64,000 bases of DNA, taken from the human T2T-CHM13v2.0 reference genome, Homo sapiens. Every line of letters begins with the position of its first letter. Within the stretch, counting starts at the first letter, position 1. A model generated the notes under the pieces. The model had not been told where the DNA came from. It did no database searches and saw nothing but the letters and a program-made list of their open reading frames with translations. Below, in pieces: positions 42,570 through 53,321 of this stretch. The stretch lies in assembly GCF_009914755.1 (NCBI RefSeq), contig NC_060927.1. One strand, given 5' to 3'. Made by a program: the position numbers and the translations under genes.

Positions 42570-43030
42570 ACTCTCTTCATTCTTTCACTTATTGATTCAT
42601 CTTACATACATTTATTTAGTTTGCATCAGTGTGAGAAATTCTCTACTCTGAAAATATTAAGGAGATGTACAGATGAATAAGTCAGGGCCTCTTTCCTCTA
42701 AATGGTTACGACGTAGCGGAGATAATGACTCTAAATTACTTAATTATGACACAAGGTGAAATGATACAAGTAGAGGCACACACATCATGCTCTAAAAGTG
42801 TAGAGAAGTGTATTGGAGAAATAAATGACATCCTTTGAGCATTTATTCCATGAACGACGCTAAACGTTTTATTTATATTATACCTTCACATTCATGAATA
42901 ATCCTGGCAAAGAGATAAAATAGTCCTTATTTTATTGTTGAGAAGATTGAGGCTCAAGAGTTTAAGGAGGTAAGGAGGCTCAAGGTCACATAGTGAGCTT
43001 TAAAGCTGGGCTTGTAAGCTCATCTAGGGC
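42570..43030. mobile_element. L2 tail fragment followed by a MIR
   Basis: ttcattctttcactt...gatgaataag; gagaagattgaggctca...caaggtcacatag. Confidence 0.6.
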
Positions 43031-43959
43031 ACACCTATGACTTATTCCCATGGGTTCCCCACAGCAGCCATTCTCCAGTGAGTAGGTGAAAACAACATTT
43101 GGTCTGATAGTCAATTTCAGTGAGGAGTATGAAGAAAGTGTTTATTGATTTCAGATTTAATAGGCTAGTTGCCTCAAGTGCTTTGATTAGAATCCCAAAC
43201 CTCTAGAGACACCGAATCTTTTTGGGTTAACATACAGATTTGTTTTCAATCTTGAGTGTTTCATTTTTGGATTCTCTTGACGATAATAATTGTCTTAAAT
43301 AATATGTCCCTCAAACATTTGCCCCCTCAACATGATCCTGGAGGCACTGTGAAGGAGAAATGAGGCATAACTGGTGAAAGATGATTGATTTTTCTGGATT
43401 CAGTGTCCTTGTTCTCCCAAAGTAGCCTATTGTTTCTGCTTGTCAAAGTGTCTGAAAAATCTGGGGTGACAGGTACTGGGAATAAGATAACACTTATCTT
43501 TTGGGATGATAGGGTCTCAGTGTCTGATCCAGATAGCAGTCCTCATCCCAGTTAGGTTCCAGGATCTGCATTAGCATTCTTCCTTTATTCTCTGGTGCAG
43601 ACACTAACTGTACTTCAGGGAGAATCTTTACCTTCCGTTTTCACAGTACTTTGGAAGCACATCTCTTTGTTTGTGCTTTATTCATATTGTGCACTCCTCA
43701 AAACCTCTGTCTGATTAACATGCAGATTCGTTTTCACCCTTGAGTTTTTATTTTTGAATTCTCTTGACAATGAAAGCCCTCTTTATTTTTAAAATGGGAA
43801 CTATCAGTTTAAAATATTCAAGTGACAATGAATCCTTCCTAGGATATGATTTTAAACCTATGAGAAGGAGTGGAGAGTGAGAGCTAGGAAAGGAAGTGGT
43901 TGTGACCTCTTTTTGAATTTACATCCAGTGAGATCTGGAGTTTTGTCCTGGCTAAAGCT

Positions 43960-44990
43960 CACTGATACGAGCATTCCAGTCCTATTTTATATTTTCCTTA
44001 CATTAAGAAGTATTCGTTCATCATCTATTACTAGTGCTTAACTCTTCCACACTCCCTGACCTCTAAACTTGTACATCTGAATATTTGCTCAGCATCTCCC
44101 CTTGGATCTATGCACACCCTGAGTTTAATGTAAACAGAACAGAACTCTAGACTCCACTCTCCACAGTCCCTGATACGATTCTCCTCAGTTCCTCTCAACC
44201 TCAGTAAAGGGAATCTTCAGTTACTTACTTGCTCAGAAAAAAAAAAAATCTAGGCATCATCCTCTTATTTTTCTCACATCCCATCTATCAGATAATGGTG
44301 TCAGCTTTACCTTCAAAATATATCCCGTTCTACTCTTCCCACTAGGTCTAACATATTCCACCTTAATTCCAAACACCATCATCTCTCACCAGCATAATTA
44401 CCATAACCTACTAAAACTGGACTTGTTTTATCCTTGCTGGTCTATAATTCATTGTCTGTCTGCTAAAGAGGTTTCTTATAGTCCCCATCATTATTAGTAA
44501 AAATAGACTAAAAATCTGTAACATAACAAAGCCCTCCCTGATCTGGCTTTTGGCTTCATCTTGAACTTCATGTCCTTTCATTTCTTTCCTTTCAATGCTC
44601 TCTTTCAGCCATGCTTTTTTCCACCTGAATTTCTATCATACTGAGCTTCTTGACCCAGAGTCTTTGCATTTCTTGTTCTTTTTGCCTGGGAAGCTCCTCC
44701 ACCATATTTTCACATATCTGCCTCTATATCGTCATTCAGTCTCTGCTCTAAAGTGCCTTCTCTGAAAGCTCTTCTGTGACAAACCAAACTAGAGCGTCAC
44801 CTTCCTGTCGTCATCACATTCCCATTTCTCTACAACCTGGAATTATCTAGTTTATGTATTTGTTTGCATGCTTATTTTCTATTTCCTCTGTAAAAATGTA
44901 AATTTCTTCAGGGAAAAGACAATGTCACACTTGTTTATTGCTGAATTTTTGTATCTAGAACAAGCTGGAATATAGTTGGTGATTAATACA
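43960..44990 (+). mobile_element. L2a-like 3' portion
   Basis: aaatctaggcatcatcc...ctttaccttcaaaatatatcc...caccatcatctctcacc...ctagaaca. Confidence 0.8.
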
Positions 44991-44994
44991 TATT

Positions 44995-45165
44995 CTGGTG
45001 AGGGAGAGGGGCAACAGTTTGAAAACTAACTATTGGATACTATACTCACTACCTGGGCGATGGTATCATTTCTACCCTAAACCTAAGTATCACCCAATAT
45101 GCCAATTTAAAAAATCTGTACATGTACTTCTTGAGTCTAAAATAAAAGTTGAAATCATAAAAAAT
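44995..45165 (+). mobile_element. L1 (PA16/PB/MA-like) extreme 3' fragment
   Basis: gaaaactaactattgg...cactacctggg...ctaaaataaaagttgaaa. Confidence 0.8.
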
Positions 45166-45591
45166 GCAAATTCTCTTGATAAACTATATGGCCTTATATT
45201 CATCACTTTATTTAATTCTGACAGTAATTACTTTTATTTAGCATCTTGAATATGCCAGATGCTGCACTAAGATCCTCATGTAATCATCCATTTAATCTTC
45301 AAAAGATACATAATATAGTTTTTATTATCTACTTCAGTAGATTATTGTTATAGCGCTAGGAGAAATTAAGCACAACTTGTTTAAGGTGTCTCAGCTCATA
45401 GAAAAGCTTGTGTTAAAAGCCCACATTGTCTGAATTTAAGGTAGCAATTGCTTCCTTAGCAACGCTCATTGATGTCCCAGTAGTCCAAAGAGACACTAAT
45501 AGGGGAGAATTGGATCCTTCTGGCTGATTTTCAGTGAGTGTAAGAATGGGGAAGGAGAGTTCAGGTCAAGTCACATGTACTGGTGAGGTGA

Positions 45592-45645
45592 AATTTGATT
45601 CAATTTTGATTCAGATTCAGATTTTGATTTTTGATTTTGATTCAG
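45592..45645. repeat. Degenerate (GATTTT/GATTCA)n hexamer repeat
   Basis: tttgattcaattttgattcagattcagattttgatttttgattttgattcag. Confidence 0.8.
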
Positions 45646-46025
45646 AAGGGGCAATAGGATTTAGTCAGAAAATAATCATCAAAGACATAAGAAAATATGG
45701 CCTACAGTCAAGAGAAAATTTAGTCTATAGCAACAGACACAGAAGTGAACTAAGTGTATGAATTAGCAAATGAGGGCTTTAAATAAAAGTCATAGTTATA
45801 TTAGCTAATCTCTAGGAAAAAAAGAAAAATGGGATAAGAGTTTGGGAATTAATACAAATTAAAGCAAGGAGAGGAAAAAAATAAGGAAAAAACCCCCCAG
45901 AGTTTTATGACCTTGTAGAAAGATTTAAGTACCTTATTATGTGTGTGTATTAGAGGAGAAGGGAGAATGGATGGGGCAGAAAAAATATTTGATGACAAAT
46001 TAGCCAAACTTTTTGAATGTAAGGA

Positions 46026-46291
46026 ACAGAAAACCAAATAGCATGTAATCTCACTTGTAAGTGGGAGCTAAACATTAAGCACACATGGACATAAAGATAG
46101 GAACAATAGACACTAAGGACTACTGCAGTGGGGAAGGAGGGAGGGGCAAGGGCTTAAAAACTCCTTATAGGTACAATGTTTACTACCTGGGAGACAGGAT
46201 CCACACCACAAGCCTCAGGAGCACCTAATATACCCGTGTAACAAACTTGCACATGTACCCACTAAATCTAAAATAAAAGATGCCAAAAAAA
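46026..46291 (+). mobile_element. L1PA15/16-like 3' end
   Basis: acagaaaaccaaatagcatg...gtgggagctaaacatt...tgtaacaaacttgcacatgtaccc...ctaaaataaaag. Confidence 0.85.
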
Positions 46292-46464
46292 GCAACCCAT
46301 AAGTGTAGGATGCTCAGTAAACCCCAATTAGGATACTATCAAAGACATTCACACTTAGGCACATATTATTCAAAATACTGAAAGCCAAAAGTGAAGACAA
46401 AATCTTAAAAGCAATCATAAAATTAAGAGTTTACCTAAAAGAGAGAATAATTAGTTATAGATGA

Positions 46465-47045
46465 TGTGTTAGTTTCGTTTTGCTGTGTAACATATTACCA
46501 AAAACTTAGAGGCTTAAAACAATGCTCATTTATTGACTCAGTTCTGTAGGTCAGACTACATGGCATGGTATAGCTAAGTGGTTCTTTTCTTAGGTTAAAA
46601 TGAAGGTGATGGCTGGCTGCATCTTCATTTGGAGCTTGAGGGTTTTCTTCCAGATTCATCATCGTTATTGGCAAAACTCAGTTTCTTGTGGCTATAGGAC
46701 AGATGCCCTCTTTCATTGAAGGCTGTCACCTTGGGGCTATTCTTAGCTTCTGGGGGCTGTCTGCATTCCTTACCATGAGTCTTCCTCCCTCTTTAAGTCA
46801 GCAATGGTGTGTTGAATTCTAGTGCTTCCCATTTCTCTAACTTCCCCTTCTGCTGCTAGCTTGAGAAAACTCATGTAAATGGGTTCAACTCTCCTGATAA
46901 TATCCATATTTTAAGATAAACTGACTTAGGACTTTTATATGTGCAAAATCTCCTCACAGCACTAGCCCTACCAAGATTAGTGTGTGATAGAAGAAATATG
47001 AAATAATGTTAGGTGGGGGAAATCTTTCGATATCTACCTACCATA
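46465..47045 (-). mobile_element. MLT1 (D/E/F-like) LTR
   Basis: tgtgttagtttc...gctgtgtaaca...ggcttaaaacaa...cagttctgtaggtcag...ctacctacca. Confidence 0.8.
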
Positions 47046-47423
47046 GAGTATTTTTTATCAGAAACAATGTTCAGTCAGAAGGCAATGGGATAACATAGAG
47101 CAGCTTTGTTCATAACAGCCAAAAATTATAAAAAACTCACGAAGAGAATAAATAAATTATGATCTAGTCACTATAATCTGATTCGACAATAAAAATTACC
47201 TAAATGCTGAAAAGGTTTAGGGTATGACAGAATGGAATAAAGTATAAGATCATTAGGTGACAGGAGGTCAAGGAACTACATTTATTTCCAATAATAAATG
47301 GCTCACCAAGGATTATGACAGGAGCAGTGGTAGAGCTAAGCGCTAAAATCATCAAAGAACGGAGCGTTTGGTACTGGAGTTTATAGGTGACTGCAACAAA
47401 GAAGGTAGTTGGTACTGTATTTC

Positions 47424-48140
47424 TGTGTCTGGAATTTATTCCTTCTTGTGGGTTCTTGGTCTTGCTGACTTCAAGAATGAAGCCGCAGACCCTCATGGTG
47501 AGTGTTACAGCTCTTAAAGATGGTGTGTCTGGAGTTTCTTCCTTCCGGTGGGTTTGTGATCTTGCTGAGTTCAGGAATGAAGCTGTGGACCCTTGCAATG
47601 AGTGTTACAGCTCATAAAGGTAGTGTGGACCCAAAGAGTGAGCAGCAGCAAGATTTATTGTGAAGAGCGAAAGAACAAAGCTTCCACAGCGTGGAAGGGG
47701 ACCCAAGCAGGTTGCCGCTGCTGGCTCAGGTGGCCTGCTTTTATTCTCTTATTTGGCCCCACCCACATCCTGCTGATTGGTCCATTTTACAGAGTGCTGA
47801 TTGGTGCATTTTTACAGAGTGCTGGTTGGTGCGTTTGGAATCCTTTAGCTAGACACAGAGTGCTGATTGGTGCATTTTTACAGAGTGCTGATTGGTGCAT
47901 TTACAATCTTTTAGCTAGACACAGAGTGCTGATTGGTGCATTTACAATCCTTTAGCTAGACACAGAGTGCTGATTGGTGCATTTTTACAGAGTGCTGACT
48001 GGTGCATTTACTATCTTGTAGCTAGACACAGAACACTGATTGGTGAGTTTTTACAGAGTGCATTTACAATCCGTTAGCTGGACAGAAAAGTTCTCCAAGT
48101 CCCCACTCTACCCAGGAAGTCCAGCTGGCTTCACCTCTCA
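47424..48140 (-). mobile_element. 3' LTR (LTR12 family)
   Basis: Minus strand starts TGAGAGGTGAAGCCAGCTGG and ends in CA; repeated CACCAATCAGCAC units; preceded by PPT TAGAGGGGGG (48143-48152). Confidence 0.95.
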
Positions 48141-48269
48141 ATCCCCCCTCTAAAAAGGACACCCCAACTGCTTTTGGGAATTGGGTGATGACCACTCTAG
48201 CTACTTCCTGCTGGATGGGGCGAAGTAGGGGCCCTGCAGTTGTAGTGTCCTCCGGAGGGGAACTCTTTA

Positions 48270-48672
48270 GGCCAGTCAAAGGGCCAGCAGGTTGGTCCAG
48301 GGGTCCTTGGTAGAAGTTGTTAGTTGAGCTCATTTGGGGTTCCATTTGTAAGACCATCTGTAGCTTGATGGCCTCGATCCTACAGGAAACAAATTTGACA
48401 AGGAGGTTAAAAATACAGGGCCTAAAGGTGAGTAATAGCAAGATGGCTGTCACAGGACCTAGAAAGGGGAGAAGCCATGTTGCCCAACTCCAGAGGTTGG
48501 TATAAGAGTTTGAAACGTGTTGTCTGATTTCAGAAACCTTTTCTTGTAAACACTGGGCAGCATCTCATACTATCCCTGACTGGTTAGTGTAAAAGCAACA
48601 CTTTTCTCCTAAGAAGGTGCAGAGTCCTCTTTTCTCAGCAGTGAGGAGGTCTAGGCCTCAGTGGTTTTGGTA
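48270..48672 (-). pseudogene. env: env TM relic (immunosuppressive domain, membrane anchor, cytoplasmic tail)
   Basis: [20 protein letters not shown] and PCIFNLLVKFVSCRIEAIKLQMVLQMEPQM; in-frame stop; SU deleted. Confidence 0.9.
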
Positions 48673-49230
48673 GCAAAATTTACTTTTGTTGAAAACTTTG
48701 TAAGTTTGGGATTTCAATTATTCTTCACTATTAATAAGACCTCGTTCAGTCCATATTAACTTAGAATTGGTATAGGTGGCTCCTTCCTGATTCTGTAAGT
48801 ACTTTAAGGTTTGGCTGAGTGCAAACAGCTTTCACATTTGAGCAGACCAATTGTTAGGCAATTTTCCTAACTCTGCCTCTACAAGAATTTCCTTATCACT
48901 TACTGAATACCCATTGTGTCTTTTTCCCTTAATTGCCCAGGAGGAACAATCTATCATCCTGTCCTGAAGGGAGTTCCTCCTAGGTCTGGTGGAACCTTTG
49001 TATGGCAATTAATTAAGACATAGATCCCTTGTTAGGAAACCTGCTGGGTTAAGAATTTTTGATAGGAAGGCTACAGGTTGTCAGTGGCCTCAGTGCTTTT
49101 GGGCTATGCTCTTGTTTACACTGACAACAAGGTGGTATTGGAGTGTTATAGGGTTACAGAGAAGACCTTCAATTATCAATTATAGATTTTACATTTACCC
49201 TGGCTTTTAAAGGAATAGGGTACACTGTTT
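48673..49230 (-). pseudogene. pol: pol relic (RT connection and RNase H), HERV-I/HERVIP10-like
   Basis: QPVAFLSKILNP and IDCSSWAIKGKRHNGYSVSDKEILVEAELGKLPNNWSAQM*KLFALSQTLKYLQNQEGATYTNSK. Confidence 0.75.
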
Positions 49231-49410
49231 CTTCTTTACTACTTCTGTCTCTTTCTGTCTCTTTGACTTCTTCTTTCTCTCTGACTTCATGTCTGTCACT
49301 TCCTCTCTTTCCTTCTCTCTTTGACTTTCTGCCTTTCTGTCTGTCTTTGACTTTGTCTCTCTGTCTCTTCCTCTCTCTGTTTCTTTCTCTCTCTCTCTAA
49401 CTCTCTGCTG
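49230..49410. repeat. CT-rich (GA-rich on the proviral strand) low-complexity spacer
   Basis: Repeated tctctttgact/ctgtctct units. Confidence 0.85.
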
Positions 49411-49835
49411 GTCTTTCCCTGCCTCTGCCAGCTGCTTATGCTGCTGTTCTCCCCTCTCCTTCCCTTTGGATGGCTTCAGCAGTGTAAGACTGCCACCTCT
49501 TTGGGTTTTTGCACTGCATGCAGTAACTCCATGGTTTCCTTGTGATATTTAATGGGGGTTCCCCTAGAGGTTAGAAACTCGCTTTTTTCCCATATTGCAG
49601 CATGGGCATGTAGGATTAGATAAGCATACTTACTGTCTATAGCAAAATCTCCCAATTACAACTCAGGAGGTGGGAGAAATATCTGGTTACAGGCTGTCCC
49701 AGGATTCCTTGGATGGTAATGGACCTTGAGGACAGTCATCCAGGACAGGAGTTTCACACTGAGAAAGCCATGCTAGTGTCCAGGAGGAAGTCATTTTCCT
49801 GGCCTTCAATGGTTACACGTACCCGGGGCTCAGTG
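49410..49835 (-). pseudogene. HERV9 protease N-part fused to the HERV9 RNase H C-part (RT deleted)
   Basis: EPRVRVTIEGQENDFLLDTSMAFSV ... junction at about 49640 ... DSKYAYLILHAHAAIWEK...LLHAVQKPKEVAVLHC. Confidence 0.85.
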
Positions 49836-49873
49836 GGGGTGATTACATGAGTTGTCGCTTGCCCTGGGCACTC

Positions 49874-51325
49874 TCAGTCCTGTTGTTGGATCATCTGGTT
49901 GGGGGCTTTTGGCCCAGAGCACCTTTGTCCTCTTGGGCAGTGCATCTTCCAGTGATTGCCTCAGCATAGTGGACAGGGGGCAGCTGGTTTCTTGTTGGAT
50001 AATCTTTTTTAAAGTGTCCTTGTAAACCACACTGATAACAAGCCCTACTAGGTGATTGGCCTGCTCCATTTTCTATCCTCTCTGAACCACCAAGGTTTGT
50101 TTGTCTGAGGGCCATGGCTAAGGCTGTGGCCTTTCTCTGATCTCGCTTTTCCCTTTTGGCCTGTTCCTCTTGGTCTCTATTATAGAACACTGAGGTTGCC
50201 AGGTTTAATTATGCCTCCAGATTTTGTTCAGGGCCTAGGGCTCACTTTTGGAGCTTTCTACTGATATCTGTGGCTGATTGGGAAATAAACTTACCTTTTA
50301 GGATCAATTGACCCTCAAGGGAGTCAGGTGACAGGGGAGTATATTTTCTTAAGGCCTCCCATAGCCACTTGAGGAAGGCAGAAGGATTTTCTTCCTTTCC
50401 CTGAGTTATGGTGGACATCATTGAATAATTCATGGGCTTTTTCCTAATTCTCCTTAGTCCTTCTAGAACACAGGTCAACAGATGTTTGTGACTCCAGTCC
50501 CCATGATCTGAGTCAAGGTCCCAGTGGAGATCCATACTGGGGACAGCTTGCTGACTGGTAGGGAATTTGTCCCTTTTTTCAGCTGTCATTCTATCATTTA
50601 CTTGACTAAAATACCAGGTATCTCCAAACTCTCAGGCTGCAGCTAAAGCCACATTCTTTTCATTAAAGGCCAGGGTTTGATCTAACAATAGCATGACATC
50701 TCTCCAAATGAGATAGAAGATTTGCCCTAGACCCTTTAGGACATCTATATACCTATCAGGACCATCTGAAAGCTTCCCCAGGTCTGCCTTGATCTGTTTT
50801 AAATCAGAGAGGGAGAAGGGGGACATGTACCCGAGTTGGGCCAAATTCCCCTCCCCCTATAGCTTGAGGGGGACATAACCAATAGTCTGGGGGTTTTTGT
50901 GGTGTTTTGAAGATTTCTCTGCTTGTTTCCTTCTGGGTGGGGGAGATTAGAGGAGGCTTATCATTAATAGGAAGGAGAGCTATAGGGAGGCTAGGATATG
51001 GGAGTAAGCTGAGAGGTCCTCCTGTGGGATGTAAATTGCAAGCTTTGTATAGTTGTGTATTCTTCAGTGAAAAGAAAGCTTGGACATAAGGTATTTTACT
51101 CCATTTGCCTTCCATCTTACAGAAAAGGTCAAGCTGCAGGATAGTTTTGTAATTTATACTTCCCCCAGGTGGCCATTTTTCCCCATCAGAGAGAGAATAC
51201 TGGGGCCAAGCTGTAGTGCAGAAAAAAATGAGCTGCCTCTTTTTCAGGGTTTGCGGGTCAAATTGGTCCCAGTGGCTTAAGATGCATTTCAAGGGTGAGC
51301 CTGTTGATGTCTGAGTGTTTCCCAT
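49874..51325 (-). pseudogene. gag: HERV9 gag, frameshifted
   Basis: MGNTQTSTGSPLKCILSHWDQFDPQTLKK (matrix), MHR TQGKEENPSAFL, degenerate zinc knuckle CYQCGLQGHFKKDY; split over several ORFs. Confidence 0.93.
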
Positions 51326-51371
51326 CTGAAAGACAAAACCGCCCACGGTTTTGGTTTGTTTGTTTCTCCCC

Positions 51372-51692
51372 TACCCAAGAACCCGCATTGGTCCCTGGAT
51401 CCTGCTGATCGGAATAGTTGCACTCACTGACACAGCAGCAGAAATACCTCTTGCCCAAGAACCTGCAACAGTCCCTGGACCCTGCTGATTGGAATAGTTG
51501 CGCTCACTGATTTAGCAGCAGAAACACTAGTTTTCCTCCTAGATCACAAGGAGGACTGAGGAAGGTCAGATTTAGTGGCCCTTACTGACACATTCTCGAA
51601 AACCTGCACCCTTGCCTGTCCTCCTAGACCACAAAGAGGACCAAGAAAAATTGGATTTAGTGGCCCTTACCAATGCATTCTGAAAAACCTGT
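51372..51692. repeat. Two pairs of ~80-85 bp direct repeats in the ERV leader
   Basis: cccaagaacc...gcagcagaaa twice; ctcctaga...gatttagtggccctta...aaaacctg twice. Confidence 0.85.
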
Positions 51693-52569
51693 TAAGAGTC
51701 CTAAGCATTCTCCTGTTAGTATCGGGACCTTACCCCTGTCCTATAAAGGTGTTATGCCCCAAAAATGAAGTGGAGGGCCATACCCTGAGGGAGGGAAGGG
51801 ATCTCCAGGGTTAGAAGAGTGATGCCTTTGTCCTCACTTCTCATCATATGAATAGGAAGGATATCATTTCTGAGGCTCCTCATATCCTAGCTTCAGTAAT
51901 AGCTTTTGTTAGGCCTGATAGTCTGGAGGGCTCCTAAAATTCCAGATAGTCCCCCCAACCCAAACAAGGCTTTGGGCAAAAATTATGTCTTTCTGATTGG
52001 TGAGCCTGGGTGCCTAAACAATGGAACAGAGTCCTGAAGTTTATACTAGAAATAATTCTTATAGGAGAAACTAGAAAAGCACCAGTGACAGGGAGTGGTT
52101 TTTAGAAGCTGGACCAGCCTCGGAGAAGAGACGTGAGAGGAAATTTGTCTGACAGGCATTAGGACCCAGGAGGCAATGGTCAGGATAGATAGGATAGATG
52201 AGCGAGTCTCACTTGGGCGACATGACTTTGAGAGTTCTGCCCATGGCCGCAGGGTCAACCAACTTGTTGTCGGGACCCCGGAGCTGAATAGCTTTCCTCT
52301 CTGTCGACCCTCAGCTCAGCCTGGAAGTACAGGAAAAGCGGAAGCTGGTTCCAGGCAAACCAATGCTCCCAACTCTGAAGAGTTGGGGGTTGTTAGAGAG
52401 CCCTTTCCCAGAAAATCTGACACCTGTGTCTTTAGTCCAGTAGCTATGCTATTTGCTTTTAACTGGCTGACATGTGCCTGGTATTTAGCCCCCAAATTCT
52501 AAGGAAAAATAGGACGGAATAGCAAGTGAAAGGGGTCCGATGGTACTCACTGCTTGGTGATAGGTGATA

Positions 52570-52587
52570 GTCCTTTCATGGTCTCCA
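52570..52587 (-). promoter_or_regulatory. Primer binding site, tRNA-Arg type
   Basis: TGGAGACCATGAAAGGAC versus TGGCGACCACGAAGGGAC (15/18); splice donor GCA|GTGAGT follows at 52551/52550. Confidence 0.8.
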
Positions 52588-52590
52588 AAA

Positions 52591-53321
52591 TATGTCCAGA
52601 ATTTATTCCTTCTTGTGGGTTCTTGGTCTCGCTGACTTCGAGAATGAAGCCATGGACCCTCGTTGTGAGTGTTAAAGCTCTTAAAGATGGTGTGTCTGGA
52701 GTTTGTTCCTTCTGATGTGCAGATATGTCTGGAGTTTCTTTCTTCTGGTGGGTTCATGGTTTTGCTGATTTCAGGAATGAAGCTGCAGACCCTTGCAATG
52801 AGTGTTACAGCTCATAAAGGTAGTGTGGACCCAAAGAGTGAGCAGCAGCAAGATTTATTGTGAAGAGCAAAAGAGCAAAGCTTCCACAGCGTGGAAGGGG
52901 ACCCAAGCGGGTTGCCGCTGCTGGCTTAGGTGGCCAGCTTTTATTCCCTTATTTGGCCCCATGCACGTCCTGCTGATTGGTCCATTTTACAGAGTGCTGA
53001 TTGGGGCATGTTTACAGAGTGCTGATTGGTGCATTTACAGTTCTTTAGCTAGACAGAGTGCTGATTGGTGCATTTACAATCCTTTAGCTGGACACAGAGT
53101 GCTGATTGGTGCGTTTTTACAGAGTGCTGATTGGTACATTTGCAGTCCCTTAGCTAGACAGAGTGCTTATTGGTGCATTTACAGTCCTCTAGCTAGACAC
53201 AGAGCGCTGATTGGTGCATTTTTACAGAGTGCTGATTGGTGCATTTACAATCCTTTAGCTAGACAGAAAAGTTCTCCAAGTCCCCACTCTACCCAGGAAG
53301 TCCAGCTGGCTTCACCTCTCA
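52591..53321 (-). mobile_element. 5' LTR (LTR12 family)
   Basis: Same structure as 47424-48140, with about nine CCAAT boxes, and adjacent to the PBS. Confidence 0.95.

Larger units (their letters stand above)
45650..47170 (+). mobile_element. Old L1M/HAL1-like ORF1 fragments, interrupted
   Basis: ggggcagaaaaaatatttga; cacacttaggcacatattattcaaa...gacaaaatcttaaaagca; atcagaaacaatg...gaaggcaatgg. Confidence 0.6.
47424..53321 (-). mobile_element. HERV9/LTR12 provirus with two LTRs, internally deleted and non-autonomous
   Basis: Paired LTRs, PBS, gag, pro, RNase H relics, env TM and PPT; flanks tttc/gttc look like a 4-bp TSD with one mismatch. Confidence 0.95.

Noticed and set aside
47760-48080. 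CRISPR-like regularly spaced repeats (also 52970-53270)
   Set aside because: These are LTR12 U3 tandem CCAAT units. There are no unique spacers or cas genes, and the context is eukaryotic.
48064-48670. Syncytin-like domesticated env
   Set aside because: Only a TM remnant remains, with an in-frame stop in the immunosuppressive domain and no SU or signal peptide.
50804-51346. Intact gag gene
   Set aside because: Only the matrix-region fragment is open; multiple frameshifts and a mutated zinc knuckle follow.
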